46,092 bases of DNA, from the NCBI GenBank assembly GCA_965644295.1, contig CBFFRP010000667.1, positions 1-46,092 of the forward strand. The letters are read 5' to 3'. Within the stretch, counting starts at the first letter, position 1; each line of letters opens with the position of its first letter. Position numbers and translations under genes: made by a program. The DNA is from Paraphysomonas bandaiensis (lineage: Eukaryota; Protista; Chrysophyceae). This document shows, one piece after another, positions 13,976 through 26,104 of the stretch. The notes below the pieces were generated by a model, which made no database searches, was not told where the DNA came from, and worked only from the letters and a program-made list of their open reading frames with translations.

Positions 13976-14846
13976 GGCTTTCTGTCATGTGATCTCTGAA
14001 GTAAACAAAGAATTGATCCCTCTCAAGAATACTGTCGACAGTGGAGAAATTATTCCCAAATTTGGTGCGAAGGCTGAACAAATTTGTAATTCTGTAAGTG
14101 ATTTGTGCACTCTCTATGCAATAGTTACTCAGAGCATTAATAGGCATTGGAAATGTTTTCCATCGAAGCTCCATTACCAGATGGTGATAACAAAGATGAC
14201 GAAGCTATCTATGACGAGATGGTTATGTGTGGTGATATATAAATTAATATTTAATTTGATTTTAGACTGAAGAATTAGAGCGAACAGTTGATTGGCCACT
14301 ACAAGTAATTTTCTTGAAACAAGTTGCGTTGCTTCGAGAGCGTACACTAAGTGATTTTAAGGGCGCTATTGCGACAGGAAAAAGCGAATACGAAGCTTTG
14401 ACTCAGGTAACTTGTTATGCATATGTATACCACCTTCAACTCCCGTATAATGTGCTTTTACCGATGAATTAAAAATGTATATATTGTATTATTACCGAGT
14501 AGCGAATATCAGGTTGCTCAGAAGTTTCAATCACAAGCTGAAGATAGCATTCGTCTAGCATCGGACTGGGACTACATCACAGAAATTTCCAGTTTGAAAT
14601 CAGCGCTATGTGAGCTTGCAGCCAAGAATCGAGCTATAGAGGTGTGTTTGGGCATATAAAAAAGTAAATATGTTATATTTCTACAAATTCCTGAATCGTT
14701 GTTGTCATTTTATATATCGTTTCATAGCGTAGTCCTTTTTTCTCTTATCTATGATTCAGGATGTTAAACTAGAAGCCGCGAAGTACACACAACAAGCAGT
14801 TGATATTATTAGCACTTATCATCAAGCTGATGGCAAAAGAACGTGA
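13976..14846 (+). pseudogene. Intron-containing gene fragment resembling the helical region of Sey1/RHD3-like proteins; no GTPase domain visible
   Basis: Short GT-AG bounded exons translate to AFCHVISEVNKELIPLKNTVDSGEIIPKFGAKAEQICNS / EELERTVDWPLQVIFLKQVALLRERTLSDFKGAIATGKSEYEALTQ / VAQKFQSQAEDSIRLASDWDY... / DVKLEAAKYTQQAVDII...*. No clear start codon. The family call is from memory only. Confidence 0.4.
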
Positions 14847-16288
14847 TGATAAAATGAAGTTCACTGTAATGCATATATGTACTCCGTTTGAACTGTGTCG
14901 TGCTGCTTTGTATTTGTAGAGCGCCAAATATACACTGCGATCTCAATGGATGGCTAGTTTTGAAATTTCTTTGAACGATTTGTTGTTGGTAAAGTATTAT
15001 AACCTTGAACACTCAAAGTAACTACGTAGTTTATGAGGCATACACCATAGGACATACATGTTTACATGTTTACGATGTTGTGTTCGTAAACGGTACATAT
15101 AAAACTTCGATATTTCTCCACTTGCTGTTTATGATTATAGAATGGGGTTATATCATTATTGTAGAGAATACTACAATCAAATCAATTGGGGGTATAGCAG
15201 TGGATGTACTAGCTTGTATATATGACCGTAGGAACTTCTCCATTTTACATTGATGTCAATTATGTTTTAGCAGTTGACTTGTGACCATGGAAATACTAAT
15301 ATTTTACTATGCTACGAGAACTACCAACGCATCGCCGCAAGCCGCAAGCACCAAGGTGCAGCCATTTTCGTTATCAATCACTCAAAGAAAGGCAGCGAGC
15401 AAGAATGTTGATATATACCTTACATCTACTGACATCAGAATTTTTGAAGCCTCAAGGTGAACTCATCCCAATTGCTTGACCCTAGCAGACCATTACCGGA
15501 TGCCAGTTTATACACATGCATTTGGCTATGAGCTATGAGTAGGTGGAAAACTAACTGCTGTCGAGAAATATGGCTCACGTTAGTTTCCCAGAGACAAACT
15601 CTCCGGTAGTTATACCCCGGAATCCCACAAAAAGGTACGACTCCAATTTTGTTGAGGGGTATATATCATAGCATACAGTGGAACTGAACAATAGGGGTCT
15701 ATTAGGAGTCATTGATTCACGTATATCCCTTAACGTGTGAATACAACACATGTATACAATGAAATACCAAATAGACTGAATAATTACCAAACTATACACG
15801 ATACGCGACTGTATAAGATACGCACATGTGTGTGGTGCTAACGCTCTGCTCAAACGTGTCGTGCTATTATACTATTAGGCCTTATCGTTCAATCTTTATC
15901 TCTAATAATATCAAGTATATCCTTACTAAATACCAAAACTAACCTTGAATCTTATTCGGGTCCTTGTAATTGAACAGAAGCACCAAAACTTCATACTCAT
16001 ACTAGAATATCTGTTTATAGTTCATGAATATTCCTACACATATACTTATTACAAAAAACTTCTGTCGTTTGTCCCCATATATTTATCGAATTTTATCTCT
16101 TTCGAATTCGATTTCCAGTACATTTTATCATATTACTTTACACCTCACACACTATATAATAATAAGATATTATCTCTGTGGTGTTGATTACGACAAGATT
16201 TTACTCTCCGTGAGAACCTTCATCGGCTTGATACTTGATACTACCGTAATGCTATTATATCCGTATGACGACAATGAAACGAAGTATT

Positions 16289-16582
16289 TATTAGAATATG
16301 GATCTTATTCTAGTATATTCAGTATGTCACTTCAAGACAATGTACGAGAATACAGTGAAATATAGTGATGTACAAATGCTGTGATGATATTGAGAAACTG
16401 AAATAGTTTGATCGTTCAAGATATGTTCAGTAACGAGAGGTTCGCATATGTAGGATATTATGCAGGGATTATAATGAGTTAGTGTTGGTTATCACAACTT
16501 CGTGTAAACGATACTAATAAATCTATCTAGTCTTACGACAAATTCTCTCTGTGATCTAGTGTAAAATGAGCGTTTATCAACA
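16289..16582 (+). repeat. 5' LTR (TATT...AACA)
   Basis: Direct repeat of 21502-21795; immediately follows the TSD and precedes the PBS. Confidence 0.95.
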
Positions 16583-19500
16583 TGGTAGCGAGCGAGGAGG
16601 AGAGAAGGAGGATAGAGGAGTAGTGCCACAGTTTAATGAGAGCAATGTTGAACAATGGATTGAAGACTTCGAAACGTTCCTCATGAGGAAAGAGCAAAGT
16701 GAAGTAGCTGTGGAGCCACCACCGAAGGAGAGCGACTTCGGGGAACAGCCACTCACGTTAATGGAGGAGAAGTCTTACAGACAGGCTGTGAAGAAGTACT
16801 GGAAGGCGAATGCCATAGCGTATTCGTACTGCAGAGAGGCAGTGCAATCATCTTCGAAGGCGCTTCAGAAATTCCATCTTCTACATAAAGGGTTCAAGGC
16901 TGATGGAAGTGGAAGCAACAGGTTTAAGGCGCATATTATGATTGATGAGTTGAAGAAGTGCTTTGCTGGAGGGAAGCAAAACAAGATCAGTGAGCTGTTG
17001 ACTCAGTATGGCTCTTTCCGTATGCGTCCGGAGGAGACTGCGAAGGACTATATAATACGGTTTGAAATACTGCTGAAAGAGCTACAGGAGCAGCAGCAGG
17101 ACATATCGGAGCTCTCAAAAATAACACGGTTACGAGAAGGTCTGTTGAATGAAGAATATGCTCCTCTGAATGTTGCTTTGTATTTGATGCCTGATGATGT
17201 TGATTATGCAACATTATCAAGGAAGATAGAACGGTATGATGATACCATTCCTGGAAGGATTGCGTTAGAGCGGAAACGCAAGAAGGTGGAGGAGCTGAAC
17301 TTCATTGAAAAGAGCAAACGGTCTCGAACGGAACGGGATAAGCGTAAGAAGGGCAACTGTAGATATTGCAGGAAAGAAGGAATTCCTCATAGCCATTCAA
17401 CTGAACAGTGCAGGAGGAAGCAGAGGAAGAAGGATGGAGAGATATCAGGGCAGCGTCCTGGAAGTGCTGAATACACGGGATGCAGAAATTGCAAGTCTCT
17501 GGAACATCTTGCTGCTGATTGTCCAACGACGAAGAAAAAGCATTCTAGAAGAGGAGAGAAAGGGAAGAATCATGGTAGGAAGCCGGACAAAAGGCTGCTG
17601 ACAGTAGAGAATATACGGCGTGGAGAACCAGCAGATTTCTCTGATGAAGATGAAGCAAATATGATCGAGGATGTTATGAAATTGTCATGCAATATACATG
17701 AAACGAATATATGTAGTGTAAATGATGACATGCATTATACATATATTGACACCTGCTGTTCATCATCAATGTTCTTGATGAATGATGTGACCATGCTTGA
17801 CACTCATATGAATACATCAAAGGTGATAAACGGCTCTAAGAAGGGATCAGAGATTCATATCACAAGTGTGGGTTCCCGTGGAGCATGGAGAGACATAGAA
17901 ATTTCAGATCAGATCAATCGATGCCTGTGCTCCGGACGTAAGCTAAACGAAATGGGCTATCGATTCACGGTGTGGTATGGGATCCAAATTTATGACTGTA
18001 ATACTGGTGAACTGGTACTGGAGGGACCCATGAAGAATGGAATGACTGCAGTTCCAACTCAGCAGCTGTTGGAGCTTCCAGATGTGTCTACACCGAGTAA
18101 TTGTGAAGTAAATCTTAGCGATAGGACTGGTGAGGACGAGCTGGAGTTGCTGCATCGGAGAGCGGGTCACTTCAACAAACATGCGTTAGTGGAGGCACAT
18201 AAGAGGATGCTCATCATGGGTACAGGGTTGAAACGGAAACACCTCACAGCCAAGGTACACAAAAATCAGTGTTTGTGTGATGTGTGTGCCAGGTCTAAGA
18301 TAACCCGAGTCAGCTTCCGAACGAAGGACGAGAATTCCGTTAGACCGAATTTTTCAGCAGATATCGCTGTGTACTTAAATTGTCCTGCTAGAGGAGGTGA
18401 GAGGTATGTGTTAAAGATAACGCATCATGCCAGCAAAATGTTCTGGGCGACGGGTTTAGTCCACAGAACTGGGGAAGCGGTCTTAGAAGTCTTCAAAGAG
18501 CTATTTAGAGGAGATGTTAGAAGGTACAAGCTCAAGATGGAGCACTATCATGCCGATGGTGCAGGAGAATTAATCAGTGAGGAGCTGCGTCAGTATCTTA
18601 GGACACAGGAGTGCTATCAACATACGTGGAGCTCAACAGACTCTCCAGAAATGAATGCCATAGAGGAGAGGAAGTTCAGAACTGCTGGAGAGATGACTCT
18701 TGCAATGCTAATCCAATCTGGACTGCCACCGCAATTTTGGCTGGATGCATACATGGCAGCCAGATATATTTTGATTCGATTGCCAACGAAAACAGATAAA
18801 GGGTATATGTCTCCTATAGAGTTTCTAACGGGCGAGCCTCCAAATTTGAGATATCTTAGGGTATGGGGGTGTCGAACTTATGTTCTTTCACCGAAGGCGG
18901 ATCGACGAAAGGATTGGGAGGATAAGGCTCTAGTTGGATATTTAATGGGTTACTCTGATGAGAAGGTAGGATACCATGTATATCTTCCTGAATCAAACAA
19001 GGTGGTGACTACAGTCCATATATTGACTGATGAGTCAACGCCATCACGATCAGAGAAGTATTTCGCAGAGATTGATGCTCTTCGAGTGCGGGAGGCCGCT
19101 AGACCCAAGCTTGCATCCGACTATGTCAGCTTAGAAGGAACGTATCATATTGATGATGAGGACGGACTTCTGTATAAGACAACAAGAGTTGTAGAACGTA
19201 AGGGTGTGATTGTAGCATACCGTTCACTTGTTACTGCAGGTCGCGAGCATATAGAGCACCGGGTGCCTATACACGTCGAAGACGTGGTGCGTATGACTGC
19301 AGAAACCCCCGGGAATACCGGGTACATAGGAAAGGGGGACGCCCTGAGTACTACGCCAGCCAGGGAGCTGGACCAGGGAAGACCTGGAGGGTTCCAGGAG
19401 AGTCCTGACCCAACCTGTCAACAGACAGTCGTGAGGTTGCAGACCTCGACAGACCATGGGTCTGGGGATGCGAGCGGGGCTCCTCCCACACCGCAAGATT

Positions 19501-21322
19501 TGCGGGCTCAGGATGAGCAAGGTATGGGTTCGTATATATCTACTAGACGACCTATTGAACTAGATGGTGATGGTCGTGTACGGCGGAAACGGCTACAGCG
19601 TAGGTTGGCGAACGCATCGGTGTTAGGAGAAATAAATATGGTTGAGGTGCCAGATGCATGCACTGTTAACTTTAAACATGCAGAGTTTCAACATGATGAC
19701 TTTAAGATACCAGACTCCTATGCTGAAGCAGAGAGATCTCCACAGTACATGAAGTGGAGAGAAGCTCGGAAGGTGGAGAAGACCTCACTACTGAAGAGAC
19801 GTGTCTTAAAGATTGTGCGGACTCCACGAGGAGTGAAGTTGGTGCGAGCAAAGTATGTTCACACGGTGAAGAGAGACCTTCTGGGGAATGTAGTCAAGTA
19901 TAAGGCGCGGCTGGTTGCATTAGGGAATCTACAAGAAAAAACGGAGGAGGAGCAGTCCACGTTTGCTCCAGTGGTCAAAGGAATAACCATTCGACTGGTG
20001 CTTGCAATTGCCTTTATGTTTCATATGCATGTACATCAGTTGGACGTATCATCAGCGTTTTGTTATGCCGATCTTGAAGAGGATGTTTATATGGCACCTC
20101 CACCTGATGAAGAGTTGCCAGCGGGGTGGTGTTTTCAATTGATCAAGGCCTTATATGGTTTGCGGTCATCACCGAGGCAGTGGAACAAGCATATTGACAA
20201 GTTCATCAAATCGTTACATTTTACTGCTTGCATTTTAGATACATGCTTGTATATGCGATGGAGTAATGGTCAATTGCACTTATTGCTGATATATGTTGAT
20301 GATATTATCATTGCATCTGCTGATCTCACCTACTTAGAAAGTGTTAAACGTAGGTTCTGCGAAACGTTTGAAATGCACGATCTGGGTGTGTGCAAACGGT
20401 TTCTGAATATCAGAATCACGAGAGGCGAGGACTGGTACATGTTAGATCAATCGGAATATGCCAAGAATATTGTAAAGAAATTCAGTTCGTTTATGGGAAA
20501 GAGCAGTAAGAATAAGGAGACTCCACTACCTACCAATGTTCAGGATTTGTTGGCAGAGCAACGTGAGCTGACGGAGGAGCAGAAGCAGTGGGTCGAATCA
20601 TTTCCGTATAGAGGAATTATTGGAGCGGTGTTGCATTTGGCGATTCACACTAGACCTGATCTGGCTTACGCTGTGGGGTTATTGGCTCGATTTAGTACTT
20701 CTCCAACATATGCGACTTGCAGATTAGCTATTCATTTGTTGAAATATTTACGTGGTACAGTTGATAAGGGAATCAGATTCAGTGGGAGTGAGTTTGATTT
20801 ACATGTATTCAGTGATTCAGACTGGGCTGGTGATAGGATGACTAGGCGGTCCACAACGGGATACATCGTGCTTTTATGTGCGGGCGCTTTGGCCTGGCAG
20901 TCCAAGCTTCAGACCACAGTTGCGACTTCGAGCATGGAATCTGAGTATATGGCGGAGTATGCGGCTTTGCAAGAACTGGTGTGGCTTCGGGGGTGTTCAA
21001 GGAGCTCGGACTCTTGGTAGCGAAGCCGACTCCATTCTTTATGGATAGTAAGAGTGCAAAGGATCTTTCAGAGAATCCAGTGTACCATAAGAGGTCGAAG
21101 CATATTGACATCAAGTATCACTGGATAAGAGAACATGTTAATGGAAAATTTCCTACAGCAAAGTTGATTCATGTATCTACGGATGATATGGCGGCCGATA
21201 TTTTTACAAAGGCGTTGTCCACGAAGATCTTCAGCCGTCATGAGAAAACGATTACCGGGGTTAAGAGGAGTGTGTCTAACAGTGTGGAGGAGCAGCAGAA
21301 GAAACGACCCCGAAGAGGTTAA
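16566..21322 (+). CDS. Copia Gag-Pol polyprotein with a single-base frameshift at ~20990 in RNase H
   Basis: Zn knuckle CRNCKSLEHLAADC; protease-like YIDTCCSS; integrase HHCC (LHRRAGH...CDVC) and DDE (SADI, HADGAGE, NAIEERK); RT YKARLVA, QLDVSSAF, LYGLR, YVDD; RNase H FSDSDWAGD. Continues in ORF 20981..21322 (HKRSKHID, MAADIFTK). Confidence 0.95.
16583..16592 (+). promoter_or_regulatory. Primer-binding site, probably initiator tRNA-Met
   Basis: TGGTAGCGAG directly after the LTR. TGG pairs with the tRNA CCA end; resembles the TGGTAGC-type iMet PBS of Ty1. Confidence 0.75.
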
Positions 21323-21501
21323 AGGTGTGTTTTAGTGGGTGAAAATCCCACATAACTGTATATCTAGTTGACTGCTAGATATATATGTATCTTTAAAAGA
21401 TTTCACATCTGTTTTTACCTATGGGACTAGATAGTCATAGCATTATCAGATTATTGTGATCACTGCTGTTTTATCTCACTGCATTCTACATTGAGTGGGA
21501 G

Positions 21502-21795
21502 TATTAGAATATGGATCTTATTCTAGTATATTCAGTATGCCACTTCAAGACAATGTACGAGAATACAGTGAAATATAGTGATGTACAAATGCTGTGATGA
21601 TATTGAGAAACTGAAATAGTTTGATCGTTCAAGATATGTTCAGTAACGAGAGGTTCGCATATGTAGGATATTATGCAGGGATTATAATGAGTTAGTGTTG
21701 GTTATCACAACTTCGTGTAAACGATACTAATAAATCTATCTAGTCTTACGACAAATTCTCTCTGTGATCTAGTGTAAAATGAGCGTTTATCAACA
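21502..21795 (+). repeat. 3' LTR
   Basis: Follows the PPT (21493-21501) and is followed by the TSD GTATT. Confidence 0.95.
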
Positions 21796-22247
21796 GTATT
21801 GATGAGACGCACGGTAGCATCAGGAAGATGAAGGTCCTCACTGCTTCTTCCATTCTACTTCATTAAGCCAACACCCTTTGATGTTATCTAGACATAGGTA
21901 AATTTGCATTTACTGGCTTGTTGCGAATCTTATTAATACCCTATACCAAGTAGTAGAGTCTACTCCCCTGATCACACTCAGGCACCTCTTCTCCCCCTAC
22001 AACCTCCACTGTTCTAAGCACATGATAAGTGGATTCTGAATATCAACATGATCGCATATATAGGGTCAATAATTTCATTTGTATAGTATGGCACTGTTCT
22101 ACAAAAAGAACGCCACACTGCCCTGTAGAACTATGATATACATTCATCAGCAATAGTAATATTGTGTGTTTCTCAAATTATCATAATTATAGATTCCACT
22201 ATAAAAGGAAAAAAGCTCAAGCATATCGGAGCCAACAAACATAAAAT

Positions 22248-23573
22248 TTAGCATTGACAGAGCTCGCTCATATACTTGTGATTATTCTTACTATGTACAT
22301 GTAAGTTCCAGAGTGGCGTCCATTGGGCAGAAGACTGACATCGCACGAATGGAGCTGTAAAGCAGTACTTGTAATCATCCGGCATCGGTTCACCGTTATA
22401 CATCCGTCCCTCTAGCACCGTTCGATTACCGCAGAGCATATGAACAACACACTGAAATTGTGTCAGTGCCACGGAAATTACGTGGCTCATATCCACGAAG
22501 CGACCAGCATTTTGGTCGTGTTTTCCATGTGTGCCTCCAAGGTGCTGTCCCCAGGACCCGCTATCCCATATGCCAACACCAATTGGCCCCCGTGTTTTAG
22601 AGCCACCCAGAGCGTAGTCAGCTCTCTGCTGCTGTGCAGGCTTGAAATCTAACGTAGGCATGAGTGGGAGATATGAAAAGTTTCCAGGAAAAAGGTAATC
22701 AAAGTATGCCAACATACTCATCTCATTTACGCAAAACGGCTTTACAGCTGATCCAGTGTGACCCTCTATCCCATTACTCCTTGTAGTGATGCAGTTGTTC
22801 ACCCTCAGGTATTGGATATATCCCTTCCAAGTCCCATTTCTATCTCCCAATGCAAGGTCAATCAGGTAGTCGTTGAGCATTGTTAAGGTTTCTAAACGGG
22901 GCACCCACAATACTGAAGCAGTCACGAATCGACCGGGCTACAAGTCTCACGTTAAAATAATTAACATGCAAATAAGGGGATGTACCGTCAATCTAGTTGC
23001 TGTCATGGATGTGTAATTCAACTGTAGAGTTGACCATATGCTATTTATGGATCCATATAGCATATTATCTGCCTCGACATGAAGAACCGAATGGTAACCA
23101 TAGTAACGCATCACATCTTCAATTACGAAAAAGCGGACCGCTGAATTCATCCATAACTCGCCACCATGATCACTCATGAACAAACTCTTCGAGGCATTAC
23201 GAAACATATTAGTTTTGTTCGATGATTTTGATGATATATCAAAAAGAGTCAAACCATGTAGAGATGGAGTATTTTGAATTCTGCTATAAACGAAACCACA
23301 TTCTCCAAAATTGCTCGCAAAGATAACCTCACATTCCGGCTGCACGCGTAATGTGTTTTGAAGAGAGTAAATAAGATATTCTTGCATTATCATTTTAACA
23401 CAGCGGAATTCACTCTGAATGAATACATACACTAGAGGACAGCGCGCACTTGACAGGGAGCGAGGAATGAGTTTGACAGGGGAGACTTCGTGTGCTGGAG
23501 TTGGGGCTACTCCTTCTGATAAACTCCATAACAAAAATATGAAGACGGCCAAATATGTACTTGATGGGGGCAT
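22248..23573 (-). CDS. Signal-peptide protein, putative GT-A type glycosyltransferase; 2 exons (intron 22938-22985)
   Basis: Hydrophobic N-terminus MPPSSTYLAVFIFLLWSLSEG. The splice joins ATRLT|PGRFVTASVLW in frame. Motifs RFFVIEDVM, LHVEADNMLY (DxD-like), NEM, WDSGSWGQHLGG, NLHVHSK. Confidence 0.75.
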
Positions 23574-23862
23574 CGTCTTCGACCAACTAGACACTACTAT
23601 CACTACTATAAAGCTAGTATGAAGATACTATGAAGATACCTATAAACTAGTGCAATCAACAGTCAAAACTAGTGAAAGGACTTCCGTTCACTGTCATTGA
23701 ACGCTGTCATTGTATCGCAAGCAATTCGAGGCTGCCACAACTGCTTTCGTAGTACACTAGTTCGCACTATATATCTGCTATCTATACACTATACACTTCA
23801 CAGGAAGTACTTCATTGGTTATATATATCCAATTTTTATGAAGGTTTGGGTATCACGGCTCG

Positions 23863-23935
23863 GGTTTCGTGGTGTAGGGGTTATCACATGTCGTTCACAC
23901 CGACAAGGTCGCCGGTTCGATTCCGGCCGAAATCA
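23863..23935 (+). tRNA. tRNA-Val(CAC): tRNA-Val (anticodon CAC)
   Basis: Acceptor stem GGTTTCG/CGAAATC; anticodon arm TGTCG-TT-CAC-AC-CGACA; T arm GCCGG-TTCGATT-CCGGC; downstream T-run Pol III terminator at ~23945. Confidence 0.96.
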
Positions 23936-24192
23936 AGCGATATCTTTTTTTTCTTACGAAGAAATAGGCACTTTTTGTGTACATACTGTGCTCTGTAGAT
24001 ATAGAAATATGAGGTTTTATGATTACAATGACTTGAACTTGTCATATTGATGTTGCTGGTTCAATGAATTGAAGTACCGGCTCTTTCATGTGCCTAGCAT
24101 CACATTGATATTACTCACCCTACTGGGAGTGTGTTGCTATTCTCTAACCAAGTTAAAGTTTATTTTGTGTCGTCTTTCAACAAGAGCAGAAC

Positions 24193-25545
24193 ATGGGTGG
24201 TGGATCCTCTCATCTTGTGCAAGACATTAAACAAGACCCATCCCTTTTGGATGCTTATCGCGAGGAGCTGGTCAATCTTTTTACTAAGGAATATGCTTCA
24301 AGCATAGCTCAAGGTCTATCTGAAGATGATGCTAGAGAGAGATTCATGGCGGTTGTTCGTCAAGAAGAAATTCCTATTCTTTGTCGAGCTACGGAGACAA
24401 GTAGCAGCCCATCACAACGAAATGGCTCTAATAAACCAGTCCTATCATACACTGAGTTGCTAAAGAAGCACAGCGAATGCATGAGAAAAAAGCATTCTCA
24501 CAAATTTCTCTGCTGCGTGGATGGTTCAGAGGGAGGCGATATGGCATTCAAGACTATGGTGCACATTATGAAAGATACTGACAAAGTAGTCATGTTTAAT
24601 GCCTTCTGTGAATCTGACTTGCGTAAACTATTACCAGCTTATCAGCCAGAACATATTCGACAAAAATACCAAGCGCAGCTGATTGGTCTTCACCCAGAGT
24701 CTAATGTCCGGTTTCACTTTGAGGACATGGGCACATCAGGACCATTGGAGGCTCTGAGGGGATACCTAGATGACTACGACTATCTTTTGCATTCTTGTGG
24801 TCTTTCAGAACGCAGTATCTACAGTGTTGATTACTCTCGATCACAGTATCCTACCGATTTCGTACTTTTGGGATACACGGGTCGGAGGGGTCGTAAAGAT
24901 GATTCCACAACAATGGGATCTTTAACTGACCGCGCGTTACGATCTATTCACGTACCATGTATTATTTGCAAGACACCAGGACGACCAAAGCGTGCTACAC
25001 CATATCATTACATGATGGCTGTTGATGACTCTTCAGAGTCAGAGAGAGGAATGGAGATATTGAGTCAGCTTATTCGACGCACAGATTCTCTCACCCTCAT
25101 TCATGTTGCTGACCCACAAGTGAAACCCAGGCCCCCATCTTTGTGTGCGTCTGACCGTGATACCTCTGACCACCCAGAGTTGGTAGTCCAACAGGATCAA
25201 TGGTCAACTGAATCTCTTGATGGCTCTCTCGTGGCTGCGACACCTAAAAGTCCCCAACCTGGTTGTATTCCTTGTCACGAGAAGGAAGAGATAGACAGAC
25301 GTTGGTTTGATTCCATCCCTCGATATGCGCCTTGTTCCTCAGACAAATCATACATAGGTCATACAACTGTGATTGAAATGTATCCTGGAGTAGGGGAAGA
25401 CGTAAAAGATGTTTTGGTTAAGTGCGCGAACGAAATGAAGCCCGATTTTTTCGCACTTGCTCCTCGGGCTCAGAGTAATCTGACTTCTATCACCGAGCAT
25501 GTCATTTCCTTGGTACAATGTTCGGTGATTCTTTGTCGAAATTAA
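24193..25545 (+). CDS. Tandem universal stress protein (USP) domain protein, possibly N-myristoylated
   Basis: 450-aa ORF with FLCCVDGS, DFVLLGYTGRRG...MGSLTDRALRSIHVPCII, a second YMMAVDDS and ITEHVISLVQCSVILC. N-terminus MGGGSS. Confidence 0.85.
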   Translation: MGGGSSHLVQDIKQDPSLLDAYREELVNLFTKEYASSIAQGLSEDDARERFMAVVRQEEIPILCRATETSSSPSQRNGSNKPVLSYTELLKKHSECMRKKHSHKFLCCVDGSEGGDMAFKTMVHIMKDTDKVVMFNAFCESDLRKLLPAYQPEHIRQKYQAQLIGLHPESNVRFHFEDMGTSGPLEALRGYLDDYDYLLHSCGLSERSIYSVDYSRSQYPTDFVLLGYTGRRGRKDDSTTMGSLTDRALRSIHVPCIICKTPGRPKRATPYHYMMAVDDSSESERGMEILSQLIRRTDSLTLIHVADPQVKPRPPSLCASDRDTSDHPELVVQQDQWSTESLDGSLVAATPKSPQPGCIPCHEKEEIDRRWFDSIPRYAPCSSDKSYIGHTTVIEMYPGVGEDVKDVLVKCANEMKPDFFALAPRAQSNLTSITEHVISLVQCSVILCRN

Positions 25546-26104
25546 AATTGTATTCTTTTAACCAAAACATAATGTATCTCTACGCATCGTAAACGACAGG
25601 ACTCTATTTTTAGCAAGTATATTAATTAATTTTACGTAAGTAAACATTGTAGTGGAAAGTGGAATGTTTTATCTATATATTTAATATAACTGTTTCCAAG
25701 TTTAATCAGTAACTGGCCTCTCAACGTAAATATTGAATCAATTAATGTTGTTAACGGTCACTAGAATAGTTGTCCTTGTAAAACATTGATTGTGCAATAG
25801 CTTCAGCAAACAACGTCGCGCATTATATATATATTTAAAACAATCCTTCGATATTACAGATTTTATCAGGAACATGTTTCCTACTCACATGCTACGTACT
25901 ATTTACTATTAATACTAAGTATAAATCTGTCTAGTAATCCCATGAAGTCAACGGGCATTTAGAAAAGTCGTGGTGCAAGTAGTAACTGGAGACAGAGAAC
26001 ATAACTTGTCGCCCCTATTGGTTACTTGTTAGTATAGCATACTGTCAACTTAACAGCAATGAAATAAAATTCAACTGAATACATCCCAATCACCTGCTCA
26101 TTAT

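Larger units (their letters stand above)
16289..21795 (+). mobile_element. Full-length Ty1/Copia LTR retrotransposon, recent insertion
   Basis: 294-bp LTRs at 16289-16582 and 21502-21795 with one mismatch (16327 T / 21540 C). 5-bp TSD GTATT at 16284-16288 and 21796-21800. PBS TGGTAGCGAG, PPT GAGTGGGAG. Domain order gag-PR-INT-RT-RNaseH. Confidence 0.97.

Noticed and set aside
20981-21020. Programmed ribosomal frameshift in Copia pol
   Set aside because: It falls mid-RNase H in a G homopolymer; recoding in these elements is expected at the gag-pol boundary, so an error or mutation is simpler.
23863-23935. tRNA-Val as primer for the neighbouring Copia
   Set aside because: Its 3' end (…GAAATCA-CCA) is not complementary to the PBS TGGTAGCGAG.
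23697-24050. 117-aa ORF
   Set aside because: Overlaps the tRNA-Val gene, has a non-ATG start and shows no protein features.
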